From assembly GCF_004010195.1 (NCBI RefSeq), contig NC_057719.1:25382809-25427741 (forward strand): 44,933 nt of DNA, in the 5' to 3' direction. Origin of the DNA: Chiloscyllium plagiosum (Eukaryota). The notes below the pieces were generated by a model, which did no database searches, had not been told where the DNA came from, and was given only the letters and a program-made list of their open reading frames with translations. This document shows positions 33,698-44,933 of this stretch, piece by piece (within the stretch, counting starts at the first letter, position 1; the number at the start of each line of letters is the position of its first letter). Position numbers and translations under genes: made by a program.

Positions 33698-36638
33698 ATA
33701 GGCCAGGGAAGTATTTAGCGTACCTGACTAGGAGAAAGTGTGCTCCCCAATCCATTACTGTAATCAGAGACAGCGCCAGAGTCCTTACATACGATGCTAA
33801 AAAGATTAATGAGGCTTTTCGGAGCTTTTACTCTGAGTTGCAAAGACAGGAGGGCTAAAATGGAGACCTGTTTTAAGAACCTGGACCTCCCAGGGGTAAC
33901 CTTGGAACAGGCTTCTCTCCTTAATGCCCCTTGACAGTTCAGGAAATACAGGAGGTATTTAGGCAACTTCAGAGTGGGAAAGCACCTGGCCCTGATGGTC
34001 TTCCGGGTGAGTTTTATAAGGAGTTTATAGGCATTCTATCAGGGCCGATGTTGGAGATGTACAATCAATCCTATAGGCATGAATGCCTACCACCATCTTT
34101 GAGAGAAGCTAATATTTCCTTAATTCTTAAGAAGGGGAAAGTTCCTGAGGATTGTGCCTCATACAGGCCCATCCCTCTATTAAATTCAGATTTCAAGATT
34201 CTGTCCAAGATCCTAGCGCTGAGGTTGAAAAGGGTGTTGCCCCATATTATTAAAGAAGACCAGACAGGCTTTATACGGGGCCGTAGGTCCTCTAATAATA
34301 TTAGAAGGTTGCTGAGTTTAATCCAAGTTTGTCAGCAACAATCGATTCAGGGGTTGGTGATTTCCTTAGATGCAGAGAAAGCATTTGACTGGGTGGAATG
34401 GCCGTATCTTTTTTATGTCTTAGAACAGTTTGGGTTGGGTGGAGTCTTTGCTAGGTGGGTGGAGTCTTTGCTAGGTGGGTAGAGGTTTTATATCGCCACC
34501 CTCTGGCCGCGGTCATTACCAACAGGGTGAAGTCTGGGAATTTTACGATTGGTAGGGGTAGTCGGCAAGGCTGCCCCCTCTCACCGTTGTTGTTTACGTA
34601 GGTGATTGAGCCGCTGGCAAAGGCCATTCGTCAGAACAGCTACATAACCGCTCCGGAAGTGGGATCACGGGCACACAAGATTACACTGTATGCAGATGAT
34701 GTCCTTCTGTTTTTATCGACCCCGATGACCTCAGTACCCCATTTGATACAATGTATCAATTCATTTGGGGCTGTTTCAGGATATAAGATTAACTTTGCAA
34801 AATTGGAGGCTATGCCTTTGGGGAACCTTAAGGATGTGCCAGAAGTTGAAGGGGCTCTAAGTTCCCTTTTAAGTGGTCATGGGCAGGGTTCCAGTACCTA
34901 GGCATTTTTATTACCCCCAAGAATGATCGGTTATTTCGGACTAACTTTGCTCATTTGCTCGACAATATTAGGTGAGATCTCCAGAGATGGGAGGCTCTTC
35001 CAATTTCGTGGCTGGGCCAAATATCTCTCATTAAGATGAATGTTCTTCCTCATTTGCTTTGTCCATGCGTATGCTCCCTATAATGTTTTCCAGGTCAACG
35101 CTGCGGACGCTTGTGGGGTGGTTTGGTTCCTTTGTCTGGCATCGTGGGCGGCCCCTCATCAAACTTACTAAATTGCAGTTGCCTCAAGGAGGGGGAGGAG
35201 TTGATTTCCCAGACATCAGAAGGTATCAATTGAGTTCCCTGCTGTCCTTTGTCTGCGATTGGGTAGGTAATGATCCAAACTCAATATGGCTGGATAGTGA
35301 GGCCTCCCAAGCAAAGTGCCCTCTTATTAACCTATTGTTCATGGATAAGACGAGGACAGTTATGGAACACTGCTGGAACCCCATTGTCATTAATACAGTC
35401 AAGGCATGGAGGACGATGCATCAGAGTGAGGGTTGCTTAATCAAGACTTCGCCACTTACACCTATAGTTGGCATGCCAGGGTTCCGACCAGGGATGATGG
35501 ACTCAGGGTTCAAACTATGGGCAGCGAGAGGAGTTTCTAGTTTGGGAGACTTGTTTGAGGGGGAGGTTATGATGTCTTTTGAGTAACTGAGCTGCAAATT
35601 CTGGATTAGTGGTGCTGGAAGAGCACAGCAATTCAGGCAGCATCTCGGATTTTGCCTGTCCTCGGATGCTGCCTGAATTGCTGTGCTCTTCCAGCACCAC
35701 TAATCCAGAATCTGGTTTCCAGCATCTGCAGTCATTGTTTTTACCTAACTGAGCTGCAAATACAGGTTACCTAGCAGAGATCTTTTCCGGTTTTTTCAGG
35801 TTAAGGATTTCATCCAGAAGAAGACTGTGCTTCTCACTACGCCCTATAAGCCCGATACAGAGAGGTTGTTGCTACATTTCTCAAGCACCCTTTCGGTTAG
35901 TGCCCTCTATCACCTGCTGGGTGGCAGGGCCTGGCAGTATATTAACCGGTTATGTGAGGTCTGGGAGCAGGAGCTAGGAGTGGAGATCTCTTCTGAAACA
36001 TGGGAGAACATATGGGAGAATGCTTGAAAGATCTCAATTTGTAATAGGACATGCGCTACACAGTTAAAAGTTCTGCACAGGGCTCATCTGGCACCGGACC
36101 GTCTGGTGAAGTTTAAAGAAGGGCATCTTCAGTGTGCCCCAAATGTAAAATAAGTGTAGGTACTCTTACCCATTGCTTCTGGACATGCCACAGGCTCAGT
36201 GTTTATTGGAGCGCCGTGGCGGGAGAGATAGGAAGTGTATTGAGGACTGAAGTCAAAGTAGACCTGATATCTCTCCTCTTAGCTCTACCAAATTTACCAT
36301 CTTTAGACGGGCCTGGGAAGAAACTATTTAATATTCTTGCATACAGCGCACGTTATTATGGGTATGTATATAGTGCTCCCGTTCCTCTGTTTGGGAGCTT
36401 TGCGCCGAGCATAGCTGTTCTGTGTTCTGTGTTTTTTTTTGCTTTTCTTTCTTTTTTGGTGTTCCTTTGCACAGTGTTAGGGTTTGTTTTGTATCAGACG
36501 GTAGGTTAATAGTTAGGAGACAGTAGTTGTATTGTTTTTGTGTTTGTTTTGTTATTATACTGATATTTGTTATTGAGTGTATTTTTCAATAATTTTATAT
36601 GTAAAGTTAAAAAAATTGCTAATAAATTTTACAAAAAT
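33698..36638 (+). mobile_element. L1-clade LINE, 5'-truncated ORF2 pseudogene with A-rich tail and 16-bp TSD
   Basis: TSD aaaatcattaattgtg at 33682-33697 and 36639-36654 (tc/aaaa L1-type site). GKAPGPDGLPGEFYK..ISLDAEKAFD, GSRQGCPLSPLLF, TLYADDV, GYKINFAK, and CCHC motif CPKC..TLTHCFWTC. Confidence 0.95.
35600..35745. mobile_element. Fold-back family C element lacking the ribozyme core, inserted in L1 ORF2, 16-bp TSD
   Basis: Perfect 46-bp arms 35599-35644 / 35665-35710 and a 35-nt tail. TSD taactgagctgcaaat at 35584-35599 and 35746-35761. Confidence 0.92.
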
Positions 36639-36779
36639 AAAATCATTAATTGTGGCTAATGGAACAGTTTCTTTTTCAGCCTGTTAGTCAAAATTGTATT
36701 TGAAATTGATGTTTTTCTGGCTCTATATATATTCTCTGCCTCCTTCCCCTTTGGATAATCTCTACCTTGTAAGAATTTC

Positions 36780-37080
36780 TGTCTTTAAGTCGAATCCATG
36801 CGTTATCATTGGACCAGAAGCTAATTCACAGCCCAATTTCATTTCTAAGCTCCTCTGCTCTCTTAAGTCCTTTCTTGTCAAATCCATTGGCCACAGCAAC
36901 TCAACTTTAAGACCATCCTCAGCATATACAAATCCCTCCCAGTCTTCACACCATCTTTCCAGGGGATTGCCTCCAGCATTACATCGCCTGCCTACACCCG
37001 TTACTTCTTTCAGGGAGATTTGCTACTTCATCTGTTCTCCTTGCTTCACCACTGAGTTACTGTGCTCCATCTTTTGAGTA
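36780..37080 (+). mobile_element. Old L2-like LINE 3' remnant
   Basis: cattggcc..caactcaactttaagaccatcctcagcatatacaaatccctcc..cttcacacca resembles the L2 HWLP..FKIL..YKSLH.LAP region. Confidence 0.5.
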
Positions 37081-38399
37081 TTTTCTCCACAAAATATATT
37101 GATTTGTAGTTATTTTCTCACACCCAAATGCCTAAAGAGACCACTATTTTAACTTTGTACTGGTTAAATCCCTTATAGGATTGTCATACTCAAGAGCATG
37201 AGAAATGCTAGCATCTATTGATTGTGTTAGGATAATGTGTCTTTTCTTGCCATTGTTTCCATATATTTGAATGTTCCATTTTCTTCCCAGAGTCTCTTTA
37301 ATTTGTGAGTTATGCCAAAACATTCTTTCAGATGTGGAGTGCAATATAAATATAAATGTTTTTAGTTAATACACATTTTTTAAAATAAGGCTACCTCAAA
37401 ACCCACATTGCCCAAATTTTGCTTTCATGCCCAACACGTAAAGCCAAATAAGTGCATGCTGACTCCTACTGTAAGGCATATATGCTTAGCTTAACAGGTG
37501 GCTCTTCACGTAATGTTGGTGTTAATAGACTAATCCACACATACAAAAGGAGTTCCATCTATGTGAACCATGCAGTCCATGTTTCTGTCCAAGAAATCTT
37601 TCCATGATATAAATGAACATCAACTAAAATAGAATAAAACCAACAGCAAAATCAATAACTTACAAAATTTCTGTGCATGATATGACTACCAATATATTCT
37701 GAGCATTCTTGTGTTTGTGCCTGAAGCCTAATATGAGAATAATGATCTGTTTCTCTGTAATAGTGCAACTCAGTTCATTATTTTTATATAAGCTTTTTTT
37801 CACAACAGCAGGCTTTCTTTTAGATCTTCCTGTTAACTACATATTTTACTGTGGTCTATTTTAAGTGTATTTTTTTGATTCTGTGTATTGGGTATGTTCT
37901 TCAAGTTGTATGATTTAAATGCTGAGAAAAATAAATTCAGTCTTCAAATCCAATGTTGTCATTCATGAATCGAAGGTCACATATCACAAAGGATTAATGC
38001 AGAGTTAAGCTTATTTTCTCTCTACTGCAACAATATCCCTTCACTCAACATCAGAAGCACACAGACTGTTAGCAGGAAAATGCATGATTTATGTTTTACA
38101 GAGTAGTCTGCCTATATTATCCTCTGAGTGTGACCTCAATTTCATATCAAGTAATGTGGAATTTTGGTCAGATTTCAGCTCTACTCTGTTGCCTACACAA
38201 ACTGATGGACTGAACACACTTCACAGAGGAGATTCAGATCTCTCAGGCTGGGCTATGTTTGAAGTGACAGCCAGAGGCCAAAATGCACTTTGCAAAAGGG
38301 ACTGTTATTTGGCTTCATAAAATTAGAGATACTAATTCACCTGTATGTTGCCTCCATCGATTTTAAACTCCAATGATTTCAAGCTAGCAAGTAATATTT

Positions 38400-41170
38400 T
38401 AAAAACACAGTTAGAGTGTCTATAGGCAATTAAAGAAGGAAATGATTATGTAAAATGACTGTTGGTCCTGTTGAGAGTGAATCTAGGGAACTAATAATGG
38501 CAAGTAAGAAATAGCTTGAATAAGTATTTTGTATCTTGCTTCACTTTAGATGATACAAATAGCATTCTAGGAATAATTCAGGACCAGGAGGTGGAAGGGA
38601 GGGTGGAACCTAAAACAGTCATAATTATCAGAGAAAGGGTACTGCAAAAATTACAACAAGCAAAAGCTAAGAATTTCTCAGATCCTAATGGATCCTAGGG
38701 CCTTAAAGAAAAATAACTGCTGAGATAGTAGATGCAATCATTTTAGTTTTCCAAATTCCCTAGAGTTGGGAAGATTGGAAAATAGCAAATGTGACTCCTC
38801 CGTTCAACAAAGGAAGAACAGACAAAGTAGGAAATTGCAGGCCAACTAGTTTAACATTTGTCACAGGAAAATTGTTGGAATCTATTATTAAGGTGGTTAC
38901 AGTAGGATACTTTGAAAATCTTGATGCAATCAGGCAGAGTCAACATGGTTTTGTGGCATTAATCAACCCCAGCCTCCCTACGACTATTGACCCACTCCAA
39001 TTTGCCTATCGGACCAACAGAACCATGTCAGATGCCATGACACTTGCCCTTCACTCCTCTCTAGAACATGTTGACACCAAGAACAGCTACGTAAGAATCC
39101 TACTCATTGCCTACAGTTCAGCCTTCAACACTATTATCCCCTCGAGACTGATTACTAAACTTAGTGATCTCGAACTAAGCCCCACTCTCTGCAACTGGAT
39201 CCTCAGTTTCCTGACCCAAAGGCCGCAATCAGTGAAGATTGGGGACAACATTTCATCCTCAGTAATGCTCAACACTGGAGCCCCCCCAGGAGTGGGCACT
39301 CAGCCCCCTACTGTACTCACTGTATACCCATGACTGCATCGCCAAATACCAGACTAAATGCCATTTACAAGTTCGCTGATGATACTACTATAGCCAGTCG
39401 AATCTTAGATGGCAACAAAACAGACTACAGATGGGAGGTGGAAAACCTGAAAATATGGTGCACTGAGAACAACCTTGCTCTCAATGCCGGCAAAACCAAC
39501 AAACTCATTATTGACTTTTGGCGGGATGTTACTCACGACCCCCACACATTAATAGCACAGAGGTGGGATGAGTGGAGAGTGTCAAGCTCCTGGAAGTGGT
39601 CAGCCTTCATGGACTCTTCATGTGGACGCACTGGTTACAAAGGACCAACAACATCTCTTCTTCCTCAGGCAGCTGAGGAAATTTGACATGACATTAAATA
39701 TCCTTGCCAACTTTTATAGGTGCGCCATCAACAGCATTCTGTCTGGATGTATCACTACCTGGTATGGCAACTGTACCCTTCAGGATTGGAGATGGTTGCA
39801 GAGAGTGGTGAACTCGGCCCGGACAATCACAAAGGCCAACCTCCCGTCTATAGAATCCATCTACCAGGCTCGCTGTCAAGGAAAGGCCGTCAGCATTCTC
39901 AAAGATCCATCCCACCCTGGCAATCTACAACTTCTACCATCGGGGAGAGGGTACAGAAGCCTGAACACATGCACCAGCCAGTTTTGCAACAGTTTCCACC
40001 CTACTGTTGTGAGAATACTGAATGGACTCACAAACTCTTAACATTCGCCTGTACCTGTGTTTTTGTTTTTGCCACTGTTTACCTATTATTTACTCAACTA
40101 TGCTACTTAACTCTGAGATATGCCTGTATTGCTGGCAAGACAAAGCTTTTCACTGTGCCTCAGTACACGTGACAATAAATTCAATTCAAAGGGAATTCAT
40201 GTTGACTATTTTACTGATGTTCTTGATTGAAGTAACACACAACGTGGATAAAGGAGAACGTGTGTATGTGCTATACCTAGACTTCCAGAAACCATTTGAT
40301 ATGGTGCCATATCCAAGTTTATGGCAGAATGTAAGCGTACATGATATAGGAAGTAACATTTTGTAATGGTTATAGGATTGGTTAGATGAATGGAAACAGA
40401 GGGTTGGCATAAATTGGTCATTTTTAGATTGGCAATTGTGGAGTGTCACTGATATCAGAGCTAGAGTCTTAACTATTTACAATTTAACAAAATCACTTGA
40501 ATGGAAGGACTAAATGTATGGTTGCTAAATTTGATGATGAAATAAAGGTAGTTATGAAGGTATTGCAAAGATGATGGAAGAAGTGTGCATAAGGATATGG
40601 ATAGGGCAAAAATTGGACAGCTGAAATATAATGTAGGAAAATTTGAACTTGTTCACTTTGGCAGGAAGATTAGAAAATTATGTGATTTATATGGAGTGAA
40701 TTTGCAGAATTTCAGAGGTATATAAGAATCTGCGAGTCCTGATGCATGAATTACAAAAAGTTAGTATGCAGGCATAGCAAATAATTAGGAAGCACCATGG
40801 AAAGCTGTATTTTTTTGCAAGAGGTGGAATATAAAAGTAGGGATTTTTTGCTGCAGTTGTACAGGGCATTAGAAGCAGGTCAGAGAAGGTTTACACACCT
40901 GATTCCTGGGATGGGAGAAAAATCTTAAAGAAACATTGGCTGGGCTGGGTCTGCATCAATTGGAGTTAGAAGAATAATAGGCTAGCTTCTGTAAGATCCT
41001 CAGGGGACTTGACAGGGTAGATACTGAAGGGATGTTTCCTTTAGTGGAAGGGACTGAAAGTAGGGACCACAGTTTTAAAATAAGCATCACTCGTTTAGGA
41101 TAGAGATAAGGAGAAATCCTTTCGCTTAGAGAGTTGAGAGTCTTTGAATGTCTCTTCCTCAGAGATTGTT
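38400..41170 (+). mobile_element. Old CR1-like LINE RT region interrupted by Rex1/Babar
   Basis: LNKYFVSCFT; NVTPPFNKG..GNCRPTSLT..GKLLESII..IRQSQHGFV, then after the insert KGNSC..VLYLDFQKPFDMVP..AKFDD. Confidence 0.85.
38956..40187 (+). mobile_element. Rex1/Babar-like LINE, 5'-truncated
   Basis: DPLQFAYRTNR..YVRILLIAYSSAFNTIIP..NTGAP; KFADDTT; LFFLRQLRKF..NFYRCAINSILSGCITTWYGNC; 3' end gtgacaataaattcaattc. Confidence 0.92.
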
Positions 41171-42753
41171 GGTTTGTATGCTTTTCCAACTTCTCCATTT
41201 CACCTCAACATTTTCCCAACAAAATCACTTGAAATTCAATATTCAAATTCTTGAATAAACATTTTAAATTTTGGTTGCTTTCATACTAGCCCCAAAAAGT
41301 AAGCCATGTATTTCTACCTGATTATTTATTTAATCCCAGAGTATGATGTAGAAGCTTATTGATATCATGTGCTGAGGATATTTTGGAAAACAGTAAGGTT
41401 GGCAAAGTTGGCAAAATGGCCTTGTAAGATATTGGGTGAATGATCCAATGCTTTCTCTGGCCATGGCATTTTGTTGGTGACAGGGAAGATGGCATACTCA
41501 CTCAAGAGACAAATGCATTCAATTTAAAGATAAGTTAAGGGCTCCTTATTAACACAGCAGGCTTTTTAACCACTGGTGGATCAGCAGTGGGGGGGTGCCT
41601 CTCTGCTGCTTACAGAGACCACTGGGTCTGGGAGGGGGAGCCTCATTTTTGGGCACATGTGTGGACCTATTTCATGCAAATGGCTGCTACTGCCTTCTTT
41701 CGCTCTCCTTTTGCTCCCTTGTAGTGGTCAAACATTCTTTTTGATTATCCTCCATAATATTGAATAATTGCAGAAATAAACAATAACAATACTGGAAATC
41801 TGCATTTTGGTAACCTGGTAGATATATGCTGATGAACCAGACATATCTTTACATCTCTCTATTAACTCCTTACAAAGAAATTGTCTGGAGTATTACCTCT
41901 CAGTGTATTCTGGTATAAGCTCTGTCTTAGCTCTCTGAATGGTCTTTCACAAGCCAATTCAGATCAAAAAGAGTTTAGTTTACTAACTCTCAATTAAGTT
42001 ACCTTCAAACCATTTAGGAAAAAGCCAGACCATACATCATACACTAAACATAACAAATTGATTACAAATCATACCTTAAATTAACATTGGCTTCACAGAA
42101 ACTTAATACAGGCATGCATCAATGTAATCAGTCTAACTAAGTAACTGAGTAGCAAATCATTATTAGGCAGAACTACTTAACAATAAGTAGCAACAGTTAA
42201 AATTTAATGTATCACTGTAAATCTATACCAACAGATGCTGAGTATTGTCAATAATGGTGACAAGAGACAGTTGTTATAAATTAAGGGAGTTATATTAACT
42301 TCTGATCAAATTGAATAGTCAGTCCATTAAATGCCTCAAGTCTCTGTTCCTTTATAGAATGTTCATGAAGGTTCTCCCTTAATTCTCTCTGTTAGTTCTC
42401 CCTGTCCAATTAAGAATAGTGGGCTTGGTTCCAAAGCTGGACAGCGAGTCAGAGACTTGAGAGGAATAGGAATATCAGTAAAGGCTGAACATCTGAAAGG
42501 GAGCTTGAATGTGTAGGCTCCTTCTCACCAATCTGTTAACGTACAGATATATTGGTCTTTGGGTGGAATGTCAGTTGCTGCTGAGATGATGCATCTATTA
42601 GAGGTCACTGGTTACATGTGTATCCAACAAAGTGGTCTTTACGCCTTCCTGGTCATTGGCTCTATGACCTGCCTCCCAGCAGTTAGACTGCTCCATATCA
42701 GATTGAGAAACAGGAGACCAAATGGAGCTTCCCAGATGACCTTCTTTGAGGTG

Positions 42754-42876
42754 ATGAAGGGCTTATGCCCAAAACTTCAACTCTCCTGCTCCTTTGGATG
42801 CTGCCTGACCTGCTGTGTGTTTCCAGTACCATACTTTTTGACTCTGATTCTCTAGCATCTGCAGCCCTCTCTTGTT
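42754..42876 (+). mobile_element. Short family C element starting inside the ribozyme core, ~14-bp TSD
   Basis: atgaagggcttatgcccaaaac..ctcctgctcc..gatgctgcctgacctgctg..agcatctgcag. TSD ccttct(ttg/gtc)aggtg at 42740-42753 and 42877-42890 (12/14). Confidence 0.82.
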
Positions 42877-43388
42877 CCTTCTGTCAGGTGTGTGAACAAA
42901 ATCTAAATGAGCCTACTTGGCCACTTGCCAAGTGTCAACGGATAGGTCCTGCCAACCCAAACCTAACTCGGCAAATTACCTGACAACAGGTTTGGAGTGG
43001 GAAAGTTGACATGATGGTTAGCACTAATATTTTCAAACTAAATCAGCCTTGATTCCCACTCTAGATGAAACCTGATAGTTTGATGCAGAGATTCAGTTAC
43101 ACCATTAGGTATAGGAGCAGATGGAGGCCACTCAGCTTATTGCATCTGCTCTGCTGTTCATGGCTAATCTGATCATCCTCAAGTCTAGAGGTCAAGCTCC
43201 TAAGATCAGAGGATATATCAGAATGAGGGGTTACACATTTAAACAGAGATGAAGAGACATTTCTTCAGCGAACCTATGGAATTCTTAATGCAGAGAGATG
43301 TTGAGGAACGTTAAGTATATTCAAAAGACAGATTTTTAATCAGTAAGGGAATTAAACATTATGGAGAAAAAGCAGGAACGTGGAGTTA

Positions 43389-44340
43389 TAGAGTGATAGT
43401 CATACAGCAGGGAAACAGACATTTCAGTCCAACATGTCCATGGAGACCAAACATCCCAATCTGACCTAGTCCCATTTGCCTGCATTTGGCCCATATCACT
43501 CTAAACACTTTCTATATGCATTTTAAATGTTGTAATTGTACCTGTCTCCAACACGTCTACTAGGAGCTTTTTCCATACATGCCCCACTGTCTGCATGAAA
43601 AAGCTACCCCTCAGGTCTCTTTAAATCTTTCTTCTCTAACCTTAAAAATCTATTCTCTCTCGTTTTGGACTACTCAACCCTACGAAAAAGACCTTGGCTA
43701 TTCACCCTATCCACACCTCTCATGATTTTAGAAACCTCTATAAGGGCATTACTCAGCCTTCAACACTCTAGGGAACAGAGCCCCAGTCTGTTCAGCCTCT
43801 CCCTATAACTCAAACCCTCCAACCCCAGCATCATCCATGCAAATCTTTTCAGCTCCATCTCAAGTTTAACATCCATCGTATGGAAGGGCAACCAGAATTG
43901 TATGCAGTATTCTAAAAATGGCCTCACCAATGTCCTGTACAGCCTCAACATGATGCCGCAACTCCTTTACTCATTGCTCTAATCAATGAAGGCAAGTGTG
44001 CCAAATGCCTTCTTCACCACCCTGTCTACCTGCAACTCCACTTAGGTCAAGCTTAGAGTGGTGCTGGAAAAGCATAGCAGGTCAGGCACCTTCTGAGAGG
44101 AGAGTAATCGACGTTTCGGGCACGAGCCCTTCATCGGCCTTTCATCCTGATGAAGGGCTCCTGCCTGAAACGTCGATTTTCCTGCTCCTCGGATGTTGCC
44201 TGACCTGCTGTGCTTTTCCAGCACCACTGTAATCTTGAGTCTGATCTCCAGCATCTGCAGTCCTCACTTTCATCTACTATCAAGGAACTATGCACCTCCA
44301 GTCTGAAAAACAACACTCTACCACCACGCTCTGTCTCCTA
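43389..44340 (-). mobile_element. CR1/HER1-like LINE 3' part, interrupted at 44044-44271
   Basis: ORF 43760-43951 (LYRTLVRPFLEYCIQFW..GLSYRERLNRLGL) and CR1 tail at 43389-43500. Confidence 0.88.
44044..44271. mobile_element. Fold-back family C element with hammerhead cores on both arms
   Basis: Diverged arms ~44044-44135 / ~44149-44242. Plus-strand CTGATGA-a-gggc(tcct)gcct-GAAACGTC at 44147-44174. Tail ..ccagcatctgcagtcctcactttc. TSD not clear. Confidence 0.82.
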
Positions 44341-44344
44341 CCTT

Positions 44345-44699
44345 CATAGAACCCCTACAGAAGACTTTCATAGAATCCTTACAGCCATTAGGCCCAACAA
44401 ATCCACACCAACCCTCCAAAGGCTATCCCATCCAGACCCTATTCCCTATTACTCAGCATATACCACTGACTAATACACATAGACAACGCATCCCTGAACA
44501 CTTTGGGCAATTTAGCATGGCCAATTCACCAAACCTGCACAATTTTTGGATTGTGGGAGGAAACCGGAGCACCCGGAGGAAACCCACACAGACAAAGGGA
44601 GAAAGTACAAACTCCATACAGACAGTCAGCTGAGGCTGGAATTGAGCTTGAGACCCTGGCACTATGAGGCAGCAATGCTAACCACTGAGTCACCATGTC
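44345..44699 (-). mobile_element. Near full-length HE1-type V-SINE
   Basis: Pol III A-box TGACTCAGTGG (44682-44692, minus), B-box-like GCTCAATTCC (44638-44647), V-domain and CR1-like tail. Confidence 0.88.
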
Positions 44700-44784
44700 A
44701 ACTAGAACTTCAATTGTGGACTTGTTGGGTCTAATGGCCTGTTTCCACAGTGTAGGGATTCTATGAAGGTCTCCTCTCAGCCTT

Positions 44785-44933
44785 CTTTTTTTTTTATTTT
44801 ATTTTTTTAATAGATATTTTTATTAGAAATTTAACATTTTTACAAGTTTACAAAAATAAACAAAACTCTCAGATATAAACATTGATATACAATTAGCTCA
44901 AATATACAATAGCCAAAATTTAACAAAAAAAAA
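44785..44933 (-). mobile_element. Probable L1 3' end (poly-A tail), continuing beyond the window
   Basis: Poly-T run at 44786-44808, minus-strand AATAAA, and a T-rich UTR similar in character to 36530-36638. Confidence 0.55.

Noticed and set aside
33931..36509. Long RT-like ORFs as functional genes
   Set aside because: Fragments of one L1 ORF2 broken by stops, frameshifts and an insertion.
36694..37077. 127-aa plus ORF and a long antisense open frame ending at a possible donor
   Set aside because: The nucleotide sequence resembles a decayed L2 3' region. There is no good acceptor and no recognisable protein.
38791..39333. 180-aa ORF as a novel RT gene
   Set aside because: A chance in-frame CR1/Rex1 junction. 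It starts at GTG and frameshifts before the catalytic ADD motif.
44630..44699. tRNA gene
   Set aside because: The A/B boxes belong to a SINE head continuous with the V-domain, and there is no cloverleaf.

Overview
Eukaryotic, repeat-dominated, non-coding DNA (intergenic or deep intronic), almost certainly from a shark or ray: it carries HE1-type V-SINEs with their HER1/CR1 partner LINE tails. I found no recognisable host protein-coding exon. Nearly every long ORF in the track is a disrupted retroelement frame (CR1/HER1, a second CR1/L2-group family, Rex1/Babar, L1, RTE, L2, Penelope-like GIY-YIG) or its antisense. The most notable structure is a dense population of Penelope-like element (PLE) termini from three unrelated sequence families (called A, B, C here). 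About 18 intact or degenerate minimal hammerhead ribozyme cores (CUGANGA-stemII-GAAA-palindrome-UH) occur in 45 kb. Many sit in 80-380 bp stand-alone insertions with their own 10-20 bp target-site duplications (TSDs), often as fold-back hairpins with a 35-40 nt one-sided tail, and their truncation/inversion junctions repeatedly fall in or next to the ribozyme core. Family names come from motif recognition, not database searches, and boundaries of old repeats are approximate.
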